Source: Macrotis lagotis
Taxonomy: Eukaryota
DNA: 64,000 nucleotides
Assembly: GCF_037893015.1 (NCBI RefSeq)
Contig: NC_133658.1
Location: 742,146,877 to 742,210,876, forward strand
Direction of reading: 5' to 3'
Part shown: positions 1 through 12,908 of the stretch, in pieces
Position numbering within the stretch: the stretch's first letter is position 1
Layout: each line of letters begins with the position of its first letter
The notes under the pieces: model-generated
What the model was told of the DNA's origin: nothing
What the model saw: the letters and a program-made list of their open reading frames with translations, nothing else
Databases searched by the model: none
Translations under genes and position numbers: made by a program

Positions 1-1167
1 GGCCTAGGTTCAGTCAGTCTTTTTGTGGATTCTGACCCTCTAGAATTTGTTTTGAGCTTGGAGAGTCTCTGCCTTTACTCTGCCATCTTGGTTCCACCTC
101 CCTCCTCCAAAGCTAACATTTCTAAAACAAAATTATTAAATAATAATAGTGATAATGGAAATTTTTGTATCTACCCTTACTGGGAATGCTTCTAGAATAT
201 CCTCATTACATATAATACTTGCTGATGGTTTTTAAATAGATACTGCATATCATTTTAAGGAAAACTCCATTTATTCCTATGCTATCTGATGCTGTTAATA
301 TGTATGAGTGCTATATTTGTCAAAGGCTTTTGTGGTAGCTATTGAGATAATCATATTTTCTGTTAGTTTTTTTATTGATATGGTCAATTATGCTGATTGT
401 TTTCCTAATACTGAACCAACCCTATATTCCTAACATAAATCCTACCATAGAAGATTATACTAGTGAAAACTTGGTGCAATCTCTGCTGATATTTTATTTA
501 AAATTTTTGCATTAATATTGATTAGGAAAATTGGTCTAGAATTTTCCTTCTCTGTTTTGACTTCCTGGTTTAAGTATCAGCACCATATTGGTGCCATAGA
601 AGGAATTTCACAGAATGGTTTCTCCACGTATTTTTTCCTGTAGTTTATCTAGAATTGGAATTAATTGTTCTTTAAATGTTTGGTAGAATTCACTTGTAAA
701 TCATCCTCCCTACAGATTTTTGCTTAGGGAGTTTACTGATGACTTGTCCAATTTTTTTTCCTGAAATGGGGTTATTTAATGTTTTATTTCCTTTTTTTGC
801 TGATTTGGGAAATTTTTATGGACAGGCAGTTTTCTGATGAAGAACCACGCCACATCTATCAGATGTCAGTATGACAAAAATGGAACATGATCAGTGTTGG
901 AGGGAATTTGGGAAAACTGGGACATTAACGCATTATTTGGGGAGTATAGCTCTTTCAAGTGACAAAAATGGGAATCTGAGGGGTTTTTTCTATGAATTGG
1001 AAATGGTTGAAAAAGTTATGGAACATTAATATGCAGGAATCATATTATAACCAATGATAATGGAGGATAGCATTAGAGAAGCCTGGAAAGACATATAGGA
1101 GCAGAGTGAAGTAAATAAATCCAGGAGAATAATTTATATAATAACATAATATAGTAAAGATTGCTCT

Positions 1168-1303
1168 GGGGGACAGCTAGATGGCACAATGAATAGAATA
1201 CCAGCCCTGGAGTCAGGAGGATCTGAGTTCAAATCTAACCTCAGACACTAAATGTGTGCAAGTCACTCTTAACTTCACTGCCCTGCAAAAACCTAAAAAA
1301 AAA
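1168..1303 (+). mobile_element. tRNA-derived marsupial SINE (SINE1/Mar-type). This copy is diverged.
   Basis: It has the gggggacagctagatggcacaatg..ccctggagtcaggag..ttcaaatc head and an A-rich tail. Confidence 0.8.
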
Positions 1304-1584
1304 GGTAAAAAGTCTGAAAGACTAAGACTGATTAATGTAATGACCTGCAATGATTTCAGAAGATGAATGACAAAACACATGTTTTCACCCATTTTGTGAT
1401 AGAGAGGTGAAGAATTGGAGTAAAGAATGCTGCAAATATTTATTTGGATATAGACAACATGGGAATTAAGTTTGATCGACTACACACATTTTTAATGAGT
1501 TTTGTTTTTCTTATATTCTCAAGTGAGGGCAGGGGTATGTGTGAAGAGTTAGGGGACAGAATGAGAATGTGGATATTGGCTTGT

Positions 1585-1738
1585 TTTGGGGGGGTTAGGT
1601 TTTTGTAAGGCAATGGGGTTAAGTGACTTGCCCAAGGCCACACAGCCAGGTAATTATTAAGTGTCTGATGCTGGATTTGAACTCAGGTACTCCTGACTCC
1701 AGGGCCAGTGCTCTATCCACTGTGCCACCTAGCTGCCC
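1585..1738 (-). mobile_element. tRNA-derived SINE in reverse orientation.
   Basis: Reverse complement of the consensus: ...ggcaatggggttaagtgacttgcccaaggccacacag...gggccagtgctctatccactgtgccacctagctgccc. Confidence 0.85.
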
Positions 1739-2004
1739 TTGGATATTGTATTGTTAATACAAAATAATTTTTCAAAAAGAAACTAAAATTGAAAAAGGTA
1801 CATGGTGGAAAAATAATTGCTGGAATAGGTTCTTATAGAAGATGGGAGAGGATGGAATAAAGGGTACCTAGTAGCTGAATTAGAGATAGTTTTTCTTGAG
1901 GCAAAAGGAAAAAATGGATAAGGCTTTTCCAAGTTTTGTGAAGGAGGGAGGGAAATTAATAAATGCTCAATAGATAGCCTCAAGCTCAGTGAAATTAAAG
2001 AGTC

Positions 2005-2400
2005 TATTTGCTGACATGGGGGCGATGATCAACCTTTATGGACTTGCTCATTCATTCCATCAGTGCAACAATCAGGGACAATTTGGGGCTGTCTTCAATG
2101 GAGAATACCATGTGTATTCAGATAAAGAACCATGGAGTTTGAATAAAGTTCAAGGACTATCCCCTTTAATTTAGGAAAAAAACAACAACCAGATATCTTA
2201 TTGTCTGATCTTGTTCTCTCTTATACTTTTTGTTTCTTCCTTAAGAATGTTTCTCTCTCATCACATTCAATTTGGATCAATGAACAACATGGAAACAAAG
2301 TAAAGATTGACAAATTGCTTTCTGTGGAGGATTAGGGGAGGGAAGTAAAACTGGAGAAAAATTGTAAAACTCAAATAAAATCTTTAATTAAAAAAAAAGT
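2005..2400 (+). mobile_element. L1 LINE 3'-end fragment.
   Basis: Contains ...ccatcagtgcaacaatcagggacaatttgg...tatcttattgtctgatcttgt...ggagaaaaattgtaaaactcaaataaaatctttaattaaaaaaaaa. The same 3' module recurs at 34100-34950, 54560-55670 and 26450-27070. Confidence 0.8.
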
Positions 2401-2555
2401 TTATTTGCTGAAAGGAAGGAGGCAATTAGGGGCTTAAGGAAAAAGTAAAAGATTTTAAACAGTTGCTATTTAGAATGAGAAAGGAAATCCTGAAGAATAC
2501 AATAAATAACAATAGGCAAAATTATAAGCAAATAGTAGTAAGCAAGACCAAGACC

Positions 2556-2630
2556 TTCATTTTACAGATGAGAAACCTGGGGCTGAGAGGTTATATGACT
2601 GGTCCAGTCACAGAGTCACTGAGTGAATCA
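2556..2630 (-). repeat. MIR-like CORE-SINE fragment.
   Basis: It contains cattttacagatgagaaacctggggctgagagg, the reverse complement of the MIR cctcagtttcctcatctgtaaaatg region. Confidence 0.6.
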
Positions 2631-3166
2631 TGAGTTAAAATAGTTAAGTCTGCCTATCTATGAGAGTAAAATTGCCTAGACAATGCCAGACTACTATTGT
2701 ACAGCAGCACTGGCCTCCAAATGATATATGTTTTTATTTCAAAGATATTTTGTCACAGTAGTCAGCATTAACTATCCTGAACAATAAACTTGATACTATT
2801 TGAAAACTACTCTCACTGACATTAACCTTTATTCATTTGCAACCAAACAATGCTTAAAAAATCTAATCGCAGAATCACAGTCCCAAGCACTGGAGGGGTC
2901 CTCCAACCCTTCTCCATCTCATTATGTCCATTATGTCTGTAACTTTAGATAGGCAAGATTTCATCTTCTGGTTTCAAACAAGGCAACAGATCAAGAAAAA
3001 AAAAGTGATTTTACCATCTACAAAACTAGCAAGTAAGAGAAATTAGAACTTCTATTTCCTAATGCCAAAAGGATTCTTTCTTTGTTATTAAAGTGTTCAA
3101 GCAGAAACTGTCAACTGGGCAAATGTAGGGGAAAAAGTGATTATAAACTTTAAAAGAATAATGAAT

Positions 3167-3335
3167 AGGGGCAGCTAGGTGGCGCAGTGGATAGAGCACT
3201 GGCCCTGGAGTCAGGAGTACCTGAGTTCAAATGCAACCTCAGACACTTAATTGCCTAGCTGTGTGGTCTTGGCCAAGCCACTTAACCCCATCTGCCTCAC
3301 AAAAACCCAAATAAATAAATAAATAAATAAAAATA
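3167..3335 (+). mobile_element. tRNA-derived SINE with an (AAAT)n tail.
   Basis: Head is ggggcagctaggtggcgcagtggatagagcactggccctggagtcaggag. Confidence 0.9.
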
Positions 3336-3628
3336 ATGAATATAATTTTGTTTTTAAAAAGTTGAAAATAAGACTGACGGAGTGCTATCTGTGGGGTGGG
3401 GGGAGGGAAGCAAGATGGGGGGAAATTGTAAAACTCAAATAATATCTTTAATAAAAAATAATAAAAATAAAAAATGAAAATAAAAAAAGTTGAAAATAAT
3501 GATTTAAGAATAAAAAAGTACACAATTTAACTCTAAAAATCTGTTGAATTAGATTCATTGAATTAATGGATTTTAAATGGAAATTAAACTCAACATTTTA
3601 CTGAGAATGAAAAGTGGTACCCCAATAA

Positions 3629-3731
3629 CTTGCCAAGGTCACACAGCTAGGCAATTATTAAGTGTCTGAGGCTGGATTTGAACTCAGGTTCTCTTGACTC
3701 CAGGGCTATCCACTACGCCACCTAGCGGCCC
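3629..3731 (-). mobile_element. tRNA-derived SINE, truncated, in reverse orientation.
   Basis: Reverse-complement match to the consensus core and head. Confidence 0.8.
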
Positions 3732-4999
3732 CCAATAATTCTTTGTACGGTGGAAGTAATACCATTCCCTGCCCCCCAACTTTCTTTGTTATTTAATTTC
3801 ACTGATATCTGTTGTCTGTATCACCTCCATTTTTAAAGTATTTTTCATCACCTCTCCCTTCATATCTAGAAGTCCACCAATCCCATGTAATAAAGAAAGG
3901 GAAAAAAATAAAACAGTATAGTAAAACTTTCAAAAAAAGTACTTCAACCATCTGTATCTCTCTGTATAATGTGTTCATATCAAAAAGTATTTAAGTATAT
4001 ATACATATACACACAGATACATATAAATGCGCATGCACAAATGCATGTATATACTATTCCACATTTGCAAAGAAGGGAAAAAGGTAGATTTTCTCATTTC
4101 TCAGGGGGAATAATTTTATCATTAAAATTATATATGGTTGAATTTTTTTTAAAAATATCTATTAAGCACTTGAGTGCAAAATATTATGCTAAATTTTGAG
4201 GATAAAAAATAATTGAGTTCTCAAAAAGCTCACATGCATTATGAAGTAGTTTCAGCTTTTTGTTCTTTCCATTGTAGTCATTATATTCAGGACATTTCAA
4301 AAAATTGGAGTGTGGTTTTAAGTTTTAATAACTTAAAACCATGAACATTATCTTGGTTCTGGCTTACTTCACTCTGTGTCAGTTCATCTAAATCTTCCCA
4401 TACTTTTTTGAATTCCTCATATCATCTCTTATAATTTAGTAATACTCTATCATATTCATGTTTTTCACAATGTGTAGTCATTCTTACTCATCAATAATCT
4501 ACTTTGTTTCCAGCCTTTTTCAACAAGGAAAAATAAAGCTCCTACAGATATTGTATATGGGACCTTTCTTTGTCTTTGGTATTCTTGGGGTTTACTTCAA
4601 ACAGAAGACTCCCTGAGACAAAGGGTATGAGTTTTTTGATCTTGGGTTCTTAAAAGCTATGCCAAGACAGAATAACCAGTGACAAGTTCTACAAAACTGG
4701 AACTGAAGACCATGGGTTACCAGTTATTCCTTAGCCTCCCCATACAACCAGTCATCTTGTTTTCTATCACATTTTCCCTAATACCTTTCCAAAGTTTCAT
4801 CTATGCAATTTCTCATTTGTAATAGATTGAAGCCTCCACATATCTACCATGTCACCCTCTACTACCTTATGGTAATTCTTAACTCCAATTCTTTAGAACT
4901 CCTGAGGTATTTATATGATATCTTCAAAAAATAGTATTGTTAAAAATATAGTACTTCATTTCAGGGAGAAGGTTGCACTTGTTGAAGAGATTGTGTGAT

Positions 5000-5154
5000 T
5001 TTTTTTTTTAAGGATTTTGCAAGGCAAATGGGGTTAAGTGGCTTGCCCAAGGCCACACAGCTAGGTAATTATTAAATGTCTGAGGCCAGATGTGAACCCA
5101 GGTACTCCTGACTCCAGGGCCAGTGCTTTATCCACTGCACCACCTGGCTGCCCC
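5000..5154 (-). mobile_element. tRNA-derived SINE in reverse orientation.
   Basis: T-rich leader, then ttttgcaaggcaaatggggttaagtggcttgcccaaggccacacagctaggtaatt...ccacctggctgcccc. Confidence 0.9.
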
Positions 5155-5884
5155 GATTGTATGATTTTCTAAAGAAAATCCAATCTGCTGTAAGGTCTTG
5201 GTAAAAGACTGTCTACTGTCTGAATATGAATAGAACAGCTACTAAATAGAGAGAAGCTTACTGTCAAAGGCTGCCCACCAGGAGACAAATTTGCAGCAGA
5301 ATTGGGGGGGGAGTATGAATTCATGATTACTCAAAAATAATTATTAAAGAAAGGTTGGAGCTATCATCAAAAGTAGACTCAATAGTTAACTGTTTTTTTC
5401 TTTTTCCTCTTATTTTTCCAGTTAACAATAGACTTCAATGGAAAACCAGTAAGTTTTCAAGAAAATTCATCACCAGATCTCTTTTAAAGTAACTTGTCAT
5501 TGATTTTTATTCTGTATGCTTCCTTAAACAATACTTATGGGCATCAACACAATGATTGACATTGTTTCCATCATTCTTCCATTTATCTCAAGTGATACAA
5601 CTCACATCTCCACAAAATCAAATAAACAAATAAATGTAAATAAAAACTAATAATAATTTAAATGTTTAACCAAAACTGTGATTATTTAAATCCTCATGTT
5701 TAAATCTTATCCAGTAAACTCCTCTAAGTTATGTGCTGAGAAATTTTAATCACTTCAATATTCTATTAAAATATCCAGAATTTATAATAAGATTTGCAAT
5801 GTACTTTTTATAAATATTACATATTTTGAATCTCACAACAACCCGAGAAGAAAGATGGTTTTATTATATTATCGTCATTTTGTA

Positions 5885-6012
5885 GAAGAGGTAATTGAAG
5901 TAGACAAAAGGATAGGCGACTTGCCCAGAGTCACATAGCTAGTAAATATTCATGACTGCATTTGAACTCAGGTCTCCTTGATTCCAGGCCCAGTACTGTA
6001 CTATGTAGCTTC
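5885..6012 (-). repeat. MIR-like CORE-SINE fragment.
   Basis: Contains gacttgcccagagtcacatagctagtaaat...tttgaactcaggtctccttgattccaggcccagtact. Confidence 0.6.
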
Positions 6013-6667
6013 AATTACATATTAAACTTAGTCTTAAAGGACATATAGAAGAAATTCTCCAATAAAGCTGTGCTATTATCACTGTACTGTTTTCAATTTA
6101 GTAAATCTCAACCCATCCATGCTTGAATATCCTATACAATTCTTATTTCTGCCCTCCAATAAATTTGTTTATCTGTTCAATCAATGTGCTGGGAGCCTTT
6201 CTCTCATTCTCTTAACTGCACTGAAAACAAAAATCTGTACTACATGATAGCCATTAATTATCTCTCATTCTTACTACAAGAATAGTCTGTCTTTTTTTTT
6301 TTTCTGGTCATACATTCTGATATATATTTTTACCTAATTTCAATTGTATAATTCCTCAACTGCAATGTGTTGGAGCATCCTTACAACATGCAACATCCTC
6401 TCCATTGCCCTTTGGATGATCCTCAACTTCAATTCTTCAGAAACTATAGTGTTGCATGGTTCAAAGATACACAATACCACTAGAAGATTAACAATACTCT
6501 TGTTCAACTCTAGACATCTATACTGTCTTTAGACTGTCAGTCTAAAACATATTTACCAACAGACCAGCTCTATGAATTACCCTTCCAACTTCAAATTGGT
6601 CTGATGAAGCTTTCTTTAACCACTTGAGTTATTCCTAAATGGGAAAACTCTTTAAGAGTGATTATGG

Positions 6668-6828
6668 AGGGGCGGCTAGGTGGCAGTGGATAGAGCACTG
6701 GCCCTGGAGTCAGGAGTACCTGAGTTCAAATCCGGCCTCAGACACTTAATTAATTACCTAGCTATGTGGCCTTGGGCAAGTCACTTAACCCCATTTGCCT
6801 TGCAAAAAAAAAAAAACCTAAAAAAAAA
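6668..6828 (+). mobile_element. tRNA-derived SINE with a target-site duplication of (a)gtgattatgg.
   Basis: A full head plus an A-rich tail. The flanking direct repeat gtgattatgg is present on both sides. Confidence 0.9.
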
Positions 6829-7576
6829 GTGATTATGGCTTTCATTTAGGAGGCTTTGCAATGCTCTAATGGAATCTGCAAAAAGAAATATCTAGACGAT
6901 CACATCAACTCTTTGGAAAAGCTCTTTAATTTGGACTCTATGATGAACATTTTCCATAATGGTACCATTTATGGCAAGCACAGACCTCTTTATTTTAAGT
7001 TTTAATAACCAGAGGATTGTCAAATGGTAATTTCTGTTGTTATATATTTTAAGGAATTTTATATGATCATAATACACTATGGGAAGCACCTGTCAGAGCA
7101 GAGCAGTATTTTGCCATAACGAATCAAATGCTTTCTATAGCCAAAAAAATAAGTGCAATAGAATCTTGTACTCCTTAGACCTTTTAGTCAATTATAAGAC
7201 TGTAAAAATAAGGCTACTGTATCCATTACAGAGTATTTCATAAGTGATAGCTATAACAATTTCTAGGGAATGCAGCATATGGGTTAATAGTTATCAATGT
7301 CATCTCAGTTGCCTTTTTTTCGTGGTAGTAAGGCATTAGATTTTTCCCATGTCTTTATCATTTTCACCCTTTAGAGAACTTCAGAATCAAACTCTCAATG
7401 CCGTCAAAGTTTTTCCAACTCAAGCATGGCTCTCTTTTGGTCTAGTCAACTACATTACTACTTTGTTTTCTTCCATTTGTCATAAAGTATATACCCTGAG
7501 AAATATCCTTGGGATTGAATTCTTAATATAAATGACTAAGTCATTTAGAAAGATCTCATTCAGATAATACTTTTAC

Positions 7577-7774
7577 TGCAAGTTACAGTCTATACAAAAG
7601 AAAACCATAAATGGGGCACCTTCTGGTATGTTCTGTGGTGGTTTGTAATTGAAATCTGTTGAAAAGTCTGGACCCTCACAAAGGCGGTGACATGCTATTG
7701 GAAACACAGGTTCTAGAAGGGCAAGCCGGGCTTCAAAGTAGTCCCTTATAGTTTCTTCTGCCACTCTTGAGAGC
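7577..7774 (-). CDS. MPHOSPH8: MPHOSPH8 exon 11: (T)LSRVAEETIRDYFEARLALLEPVFPIACHRLCEGPDFSTDFNYKPPQNIPEGAPFMVFFCIDCNL(Q/H). Reading through the donor gives an immediate TAA stop, so the ORF track shows ...CNLQ* here.
   Basis: The acceptor is ctctttaag|GCTCTCAAG and the probable donor is TTGCA|gtaaaag. It matches human TLSRVAEETIKDYFEARLALLEPVFPIACHRLCEGPDFSTDFNYKPPQNIPEG and then diverges into a hydrophobic stretch that is still alignable (human SGILLFIFHANFL). The terminal ~70 codons were not located in this window. Confidence 0.7.
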
Positions 7775-8092
7775 CTTAAAGAGAAAGAGAAGACATAGTC
7801 ATAATAATTTGGACAAGCTTTTTTCCATTAGAATCCATTAAAAGGTTATATATTTAAAAAAGCAATTGGTGACTAAAATATAGTATTTAAAAGCAGATTC
7901 ATTTTCTACATCTCATATAGAATAGTCAAATATGACTTATTTGTTTTACTAATAAGTCAAACAAACTCTTAATGGTACGGTCTTCAAATTTCTATTGTGT
8001 TACCTCCATAGGCTCTATCTGTTTTTATTAATCAAAATAGTAATTCAGATTTTAAGTGAGAAGAGATCCAGAAATTCTAAATGTCTAAGTAT

Positions 8093-8234
8093 GGGGTAGC
8101 TAAGTGGCACAGTGGGTACAGTACCAGTCTTGGAGTCAGGAGTTGAAATTTGGCCTGAGACACTTAATAATTACCTAGCTGTGTGACCTTGAGGCATGTC
8201 ACTTAACCCCATTGTCTTGCAAAAAATAAATAAA
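8093..8234 (+). mobile_element. tRNA-derived SINE with a target-site duplication of aaatgtctaagtatg.
   Basis: Consensus match and a 15-bp flanking direct repeat. Confidence 0.9.
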
Positions 8235-8580
8235 TGTCTAAGTATGAACACTTCCAATCCAAATTTATAAAAGCAATTAGTACATTTTTACAAAAGAATT
8301 TGCTAAAAGTCTCAACAAAATTATAATGGAATATTTAAAGTTTAGATTAAACTTTTTAGGGACTTTGAACAGTTTTAAGGACTTTAGTAAATAGCCAAGT
8401 ACATAAAAATATACAAATGTTAAATTCTGCCCTCTTTACAAATCAGTCATAGAAGCTAATTACTATAGCAGATCTTTTTGAGATTCTTTTCTGACTGCAT
8501 GTGCTTGAATGTAATAAAATCTTTTTTAACTTAATTTTTATTTATTTTTCCTCAATAACATTACATGTAACAATTTAACA

Positions 8581-8731
8581 TTTTTTTTAGGTTTTTGCAA
8601 GGCAATGGGGCTAAGTGGCTTGCCCAAGGCCACACAGCTAAGCAATTATTAAGTGTCTGACACCGGATTTGAACCCAGGTACTCCTGACTCCAGGGCAGG
8701 TGCTTTATCCACTGCACCACCTAGCTGCCCC
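8581..8731 (-). mobile_element. tRNA-derived SINE in reverse orientation with a target-site duplication of caatttaaca.
   Basis: Consensus match and a flanking direct repeat. Confidence 0.9.
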
Positions 8732-8859
8732 AATTTAACAATTTTTTAAAATCTTGAGTTCCATTTCCTTTTCCTGTTTCCCTTCTTAGCCCTCCCTGGG
8801 AAGCCCAAGTCCAGCCTTGAGAAAGCAAGCAATTTGATGTAGATTCTACATATGCAGTC

Positions 8860-10950
8860 ATGAAAAACATCCCCATATTAGCAATATTGCAAAAGAAAAC
8901 ACATTTCAATTTCCAATTCTTTGCCACCACAAAAAAAGAGTTGCTATATTTTCATACATGTGGATATTTTCCCCTTTTTTATGACCTCTGGGTACAAATA
9001 TAGTAATGTTATTGCTGATCAAAGAATATATGCAATTTGATTGCCCTTTAGGAACATTGTTCTACAGAATGGTTGGATCAGATCACAACTCTACCAACAA
9101 TGGATTAGTGTTCCAGTTTTCCCACATTCCCTCTAACATTTGTTAGTTTCCTCTTCTGTCACATTAGTGAAGTAGGACTCAGAGTTATTTTAATTGTAAT
9201 TTCTTTAATAAGTAGTGATCTATAGTCAAATAGTGATTAGAGACATAAAGGGATTATAGCTTATAGTAATTTAGAATCATATGACTGTAAATAGTTTTGA
9301 GTTCCTTTAAAAACTGCCTATCCCTATTCCTTGACCATTTATCAAGAATTACTTTTTTTTACAATCTTGACTCAGTTCTTTGAGAGCTTTATCAGAAAAA
9401 CTTGCTGTAAAAATTTTCCTGTTTCCTGATTTCCTTTTAATCATGCTTGCATTCATTTTGTTTGTATAAAACTCTTTAAATTTGATGTAATTAAAATGCG
9501 CCACCTAGCGCCCCATCTCTTCTTTTCTTAAAGGTAAATAATTACATGCTTCCTCTAAACCATGTATTCATTTTGACCTTATCTTGGTATAAGGTGTGAA
9601 TTGTTGGTCTATATCTAGTTTCTGACAAACTGTTTTCTAGTTTTCCCAGAAAATTTTGTCAAATAGTGTTTTATTTTCCCAAAATTTTGCACCTTTAGCT
9701 TTATCAAATACTAAACTATTTGGGTCATTCACTACTGTGTATTGTATACATAATCTATTCCATTAATTCATTACTCTATTTCTCTGTTAGTACTATAGTA
9801 TTATTGTAACTGTTATTTTCTTTGCTATTTTTTGTGCCTCCTTTACCAAGCTATTGACCATTTTTTCCATGATTTTCTTGCATTATTTTCATCCCAATTT
9901 TTCCTCTCATTTTAATTTTAAAATACATTTTTAAGCTCTTCCAGAAATTTTTAAATAAATCTCTAATTCACATTTTTCTTTGATGCTCCACATATTAACT
10001 GTTCTTAATTCTTCTTCTCCTTTGAGTTTGCATTTTGCTCTTCCCAGTAACCATAGTAATTTTCCATGGTCAGGTTCTTTTTCTGTTTATTCATTTTTTC
10101 CAGTCTATTTTTTGACTTTTAATTTAAAGTTAAAATTGTGCTCTGCTCCCTACTTGGAAGGGACACTGTCCCAAACATTAGTTCTTTCTTGCTTGGTTTT
10201 CATAGTCAGGTCCAGGGGCCTATAGATTTTCCATGCTTCCAAGCTTTTATGTTCTAAGAAGCAGTGTGGTCACTGCTCTCTTCACCTGTGTCTATCCCAG
10301 AAGGGACCTTATTTCCCCTGTAGTGGTCATAGCTTTCCTCCTGGTCCTGGGATGTGACAAGGTGCCCTGTTCTGCAGCCACATTTGCTAGTGTTCCCCTT
10401 CTTTCTTGGAACTGAGAACAGGGTCTCTACTCCTTCACAAGCAACCACAAGCACTCCTCTCAACCCTGAAAGTATGACCAGGGTCCATGCTCCCTTATGA
10501 TCACAAGTACTATAGCTCTTTTTTGGTCCTGGAATTGTAACCTAGAACTATGTATGGGCAATGCAACAGGACCCTGAACCCAGTGCCAGCAAAAGGTCCC
10601 ATGAAACCTCGTTCTGGCCAGTTGACCAACCTCTCCACTGAGAGATGTGCTGAGACTTTCTGAAGCTGCTACTGCTGCCAATGAAGCCACCTTAAAGTTC
10701 CACTGATGGGCCTGTGCTACAGGATTCTCTGTGCTTCTGGACCACCCCACCCTGGTGAGACAGACCCTTCCTGTTGATCTCCTAAGTTATATTGAACTGG
10801 AAAATTATTTCAGTAAATTTTTTGTTAGTCCTACTACTCCAGAATTTGATTTGAGCTCTTATTTTAGAATTGTTTGGAAGGCATTTGGTTGAGCTCAGCT
10901 GAGTTTGTCTTTACTCTTCCACCTTTGCTCTGCCTCTGAAATTAATTTCT
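8860..10950 (-). mobile_element. L1 LINE fragment in sense orientation relative to MPHOSPH8, lying in intron 10. It carries the ORF2 C-terminal region and adjoining sequence.
   Basis: It is collinear with the reverse complement of the mammalian L1 ORF2 3' region (gggtacaaatatagtaatgttattgctgatcaaag...ccaacaatggattagtgttccagttttcccacattc...ttttcccagaaaattttgtcaaatagtg). Confidence 0.7.
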
Positions 10951-11026
10951 TAAATATATTTTGCAACCAAAATAATTGCCCCAAAGTTTCTAAGCAAAGC
11001 TTTAAGTTTCTTTATTTAATACTTAC

Positions 11027-11181
11027 GTTTCTAAGTGACTCTTCAACAGGTCATATACCAATACATTATTACATTGCTTAGCAAAATGTAAAGCACTATT
11101 CTGATGCTTTGACAAAATATTACAGTCTGCTCCACATTCAATCACAAGCCTTACAATATCTGAGTTTCCTCTCTTACAAGC
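11027..11181 (-). CDS. MPHOSPH8: MPHOSPH8 exon 10: ACKRGNSDIVRLVIECGADCNILSKHQNSALHFAKQCNNVLVYDLLKSHLE(T).
   Basis: The acceptor is cctgtttacag|GCTTGT and the donor is GAAAC|gtaagtatt. The exon is 155 nt and leaves 2 nt for the next exon. It is nearly identical to human MPP8. Confidence 0.85.
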
Positions 11182-11651
11182 CTGTAAACAGGAAAAAGAA
11201 TAAGGAAAAGATTGAGGCAAGTAATTATATAAAAGTCGAAGAAGTAATACATACATACACACACAAACAAAATTTTATTTTTTTTTCCTAAATAGAGTCT
11301 TTCAAAAAATATTTAAACAATGAAAAAGGAATTAAACATAAAATGAATTTCTTCAGGGCAGGTCAAGGTCTTCTACATTAGGATATAATGACAAATATAA
11401 GGTCCTCTCTTTGTGTTTCTCAGTTTATACTTGACTAGAAGACTCTTCAAAACAGAAGGCCTTCAAAATATATTTTATCAATTATGGTAATAACAACAAC
11501 AGCTGGTATTTAAAGCACTTTCAGGTTTGTAATACTTTACAAATATTATTCTTGCTTAACAACATTTGTAATAAATGGTATCATTAATGCCATTGTACAA
11601 ATAAGGAAACTAGGACAGAAGTTATGTGATTTGACTAGCATCACAAAACCA

Positions 11652-11740
11652 CTAAGTATTTGAGGCTGGATTTGAACTCAGGTTTTTCTGATTCAAGGTC
11701 CAGCCCTGCGGCACTCCTCTGTCCTAAGCTACCAAGGACC
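11652..11740 (-). repeat. SINE fragment in reverse orientation.
   Basis: Partial match: tgaggctggatttgaactcaggtttttctgattcaaggtccagccc. Confidence 0.6.
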
Positions 11741-11765
11741 AGGGCTACTTCAATAAAGTTCTCAG

Positions 11766-11923
11766 GGGGGCAGCTTGGTGGCACAATGGATACAACACTG
11801 GCCCTGGAGTCAGGAGGACCCAAGTTCAAATCCAGTCTCGGACACTTAATAAGTATCTAGCTGTGTGACCTTAGGCAAGTCACTTAACCCCATCACCTTA
11901 AAAAAAATAAAATAAAAAAATAA
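11766..11923 (+). mobile_element. tRNA-derived SINE with a target-site duplication of roughly aataaagt(t/a)ctca.
   Basis: It has the ggggcagcttggtggcacaatggatacaacactggccctggagtcaggag head, an A-rich tail and a flanking repeat. Confidence 0.85.
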
Positions 11924-12744
11924 AGTACTCAAAGGATTTTCAGTCTACTATACTTCATTGATTTTACTATCACCCTTGACACTGTCAAAACAGCAAAACA
12001 CATTATTAACAAATGTGTTCTTTCTAAACTAGTTTTCACTGTGATTCTTTGAATGAGGGATCAGAAAATAATTTCATTTCATCCCAGAAGTGATTTAAAG
12101 GGAGACTCTGCCATACACTGACCCGAATTTAGCAAACCTCAGGCAGCACTATAAAAGATAAATTGGGTCAAAACGATTTCCTTGAAGATAGGGCAAAGTG
12201 CAGATCACATATAAGGTGATTTCCTTTCTTATAAATGAATTTCAGGCTATGATTATGTCTTCATCCATCTTATTTATATTATTCATCATTCTCCAGTGTA
12301 TTTTTTGAAGGGAAGTTTTTTTTTTCCTATCAGATAGAATATTTACACGGCTAAAGAAAATCTTTTACTTAGATACAGTGAGAAGACCTGAGTCTAATCC
12401 TGACTTTGCTCCTAAGGAGTTACGTGTACTTATCTAAAAAACTTCTCTGGTCCTTGGATTCCTCATCTGGAAACCAAGATGGTGGACTTCACATTATTTG
12501 TTTTCTAGTATATTTCCAGTTCAAAATTATGAATAACCTAATCAAACTTTGGAGGTAAATGAAATATTGATCTTAATGACACTTCACTGACACTAACAGA
12601 CAAAAACCTATTTGTTTTAGATGAAAATAAAAGTTTTACTAATTTAGGGCACTAATTAAAACACTTCCTGTTATTTACAATAACTAACATTTACCCTTCA
12701 GGATCTCCTGTTCATAAAACAAAAAAGCAATTAAGAGGAGAAAA

Positions 12745-12908
12745 TGGGGGCGGCTAGGTGGCACAGTGGATAGAGCACCATCCCTGGAGTCAGGAGGACC
12801 TGAGTTCAAATCCAACCTCAGACAATTAATAATTACCTAGCTATGTAGCCTTGGGTAAGCCACTTAACCCCATTTGCCTTACAAAAAATAAAAACCCTTT
12901 AAAAAAAA
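12745..12908 (+). mobile_element. tRNA-derived SINE.
   Basis: Consensus head plus an A-rich tail. Confidence 0.9.

Noticed and set aside
5400-5470. A plus-strand exon-like unit ttttcctcttatttttccag|TTAACAATAGACTTCAATGGAAAACCAG|gtaagtt.
   Set aside because: It is 28 nt with good splice-like signals but there is no supporting ORF, neighbouring exon or protein similarity. It is probably a chance match in AT-rich intron sequence.
7080-7135. A candidate terminal MPHOSPH8 exon with acceptor ttggctatag|AAAGCATTTGATTCG, in phase to continue ...CNLQ-KHLIRYGKILLCSDRCFP*.
   Set aside because: Similarity to human KEVIARLCGPCS is too weak to call. It is kept only as a note under the missing-C-terminus finding.
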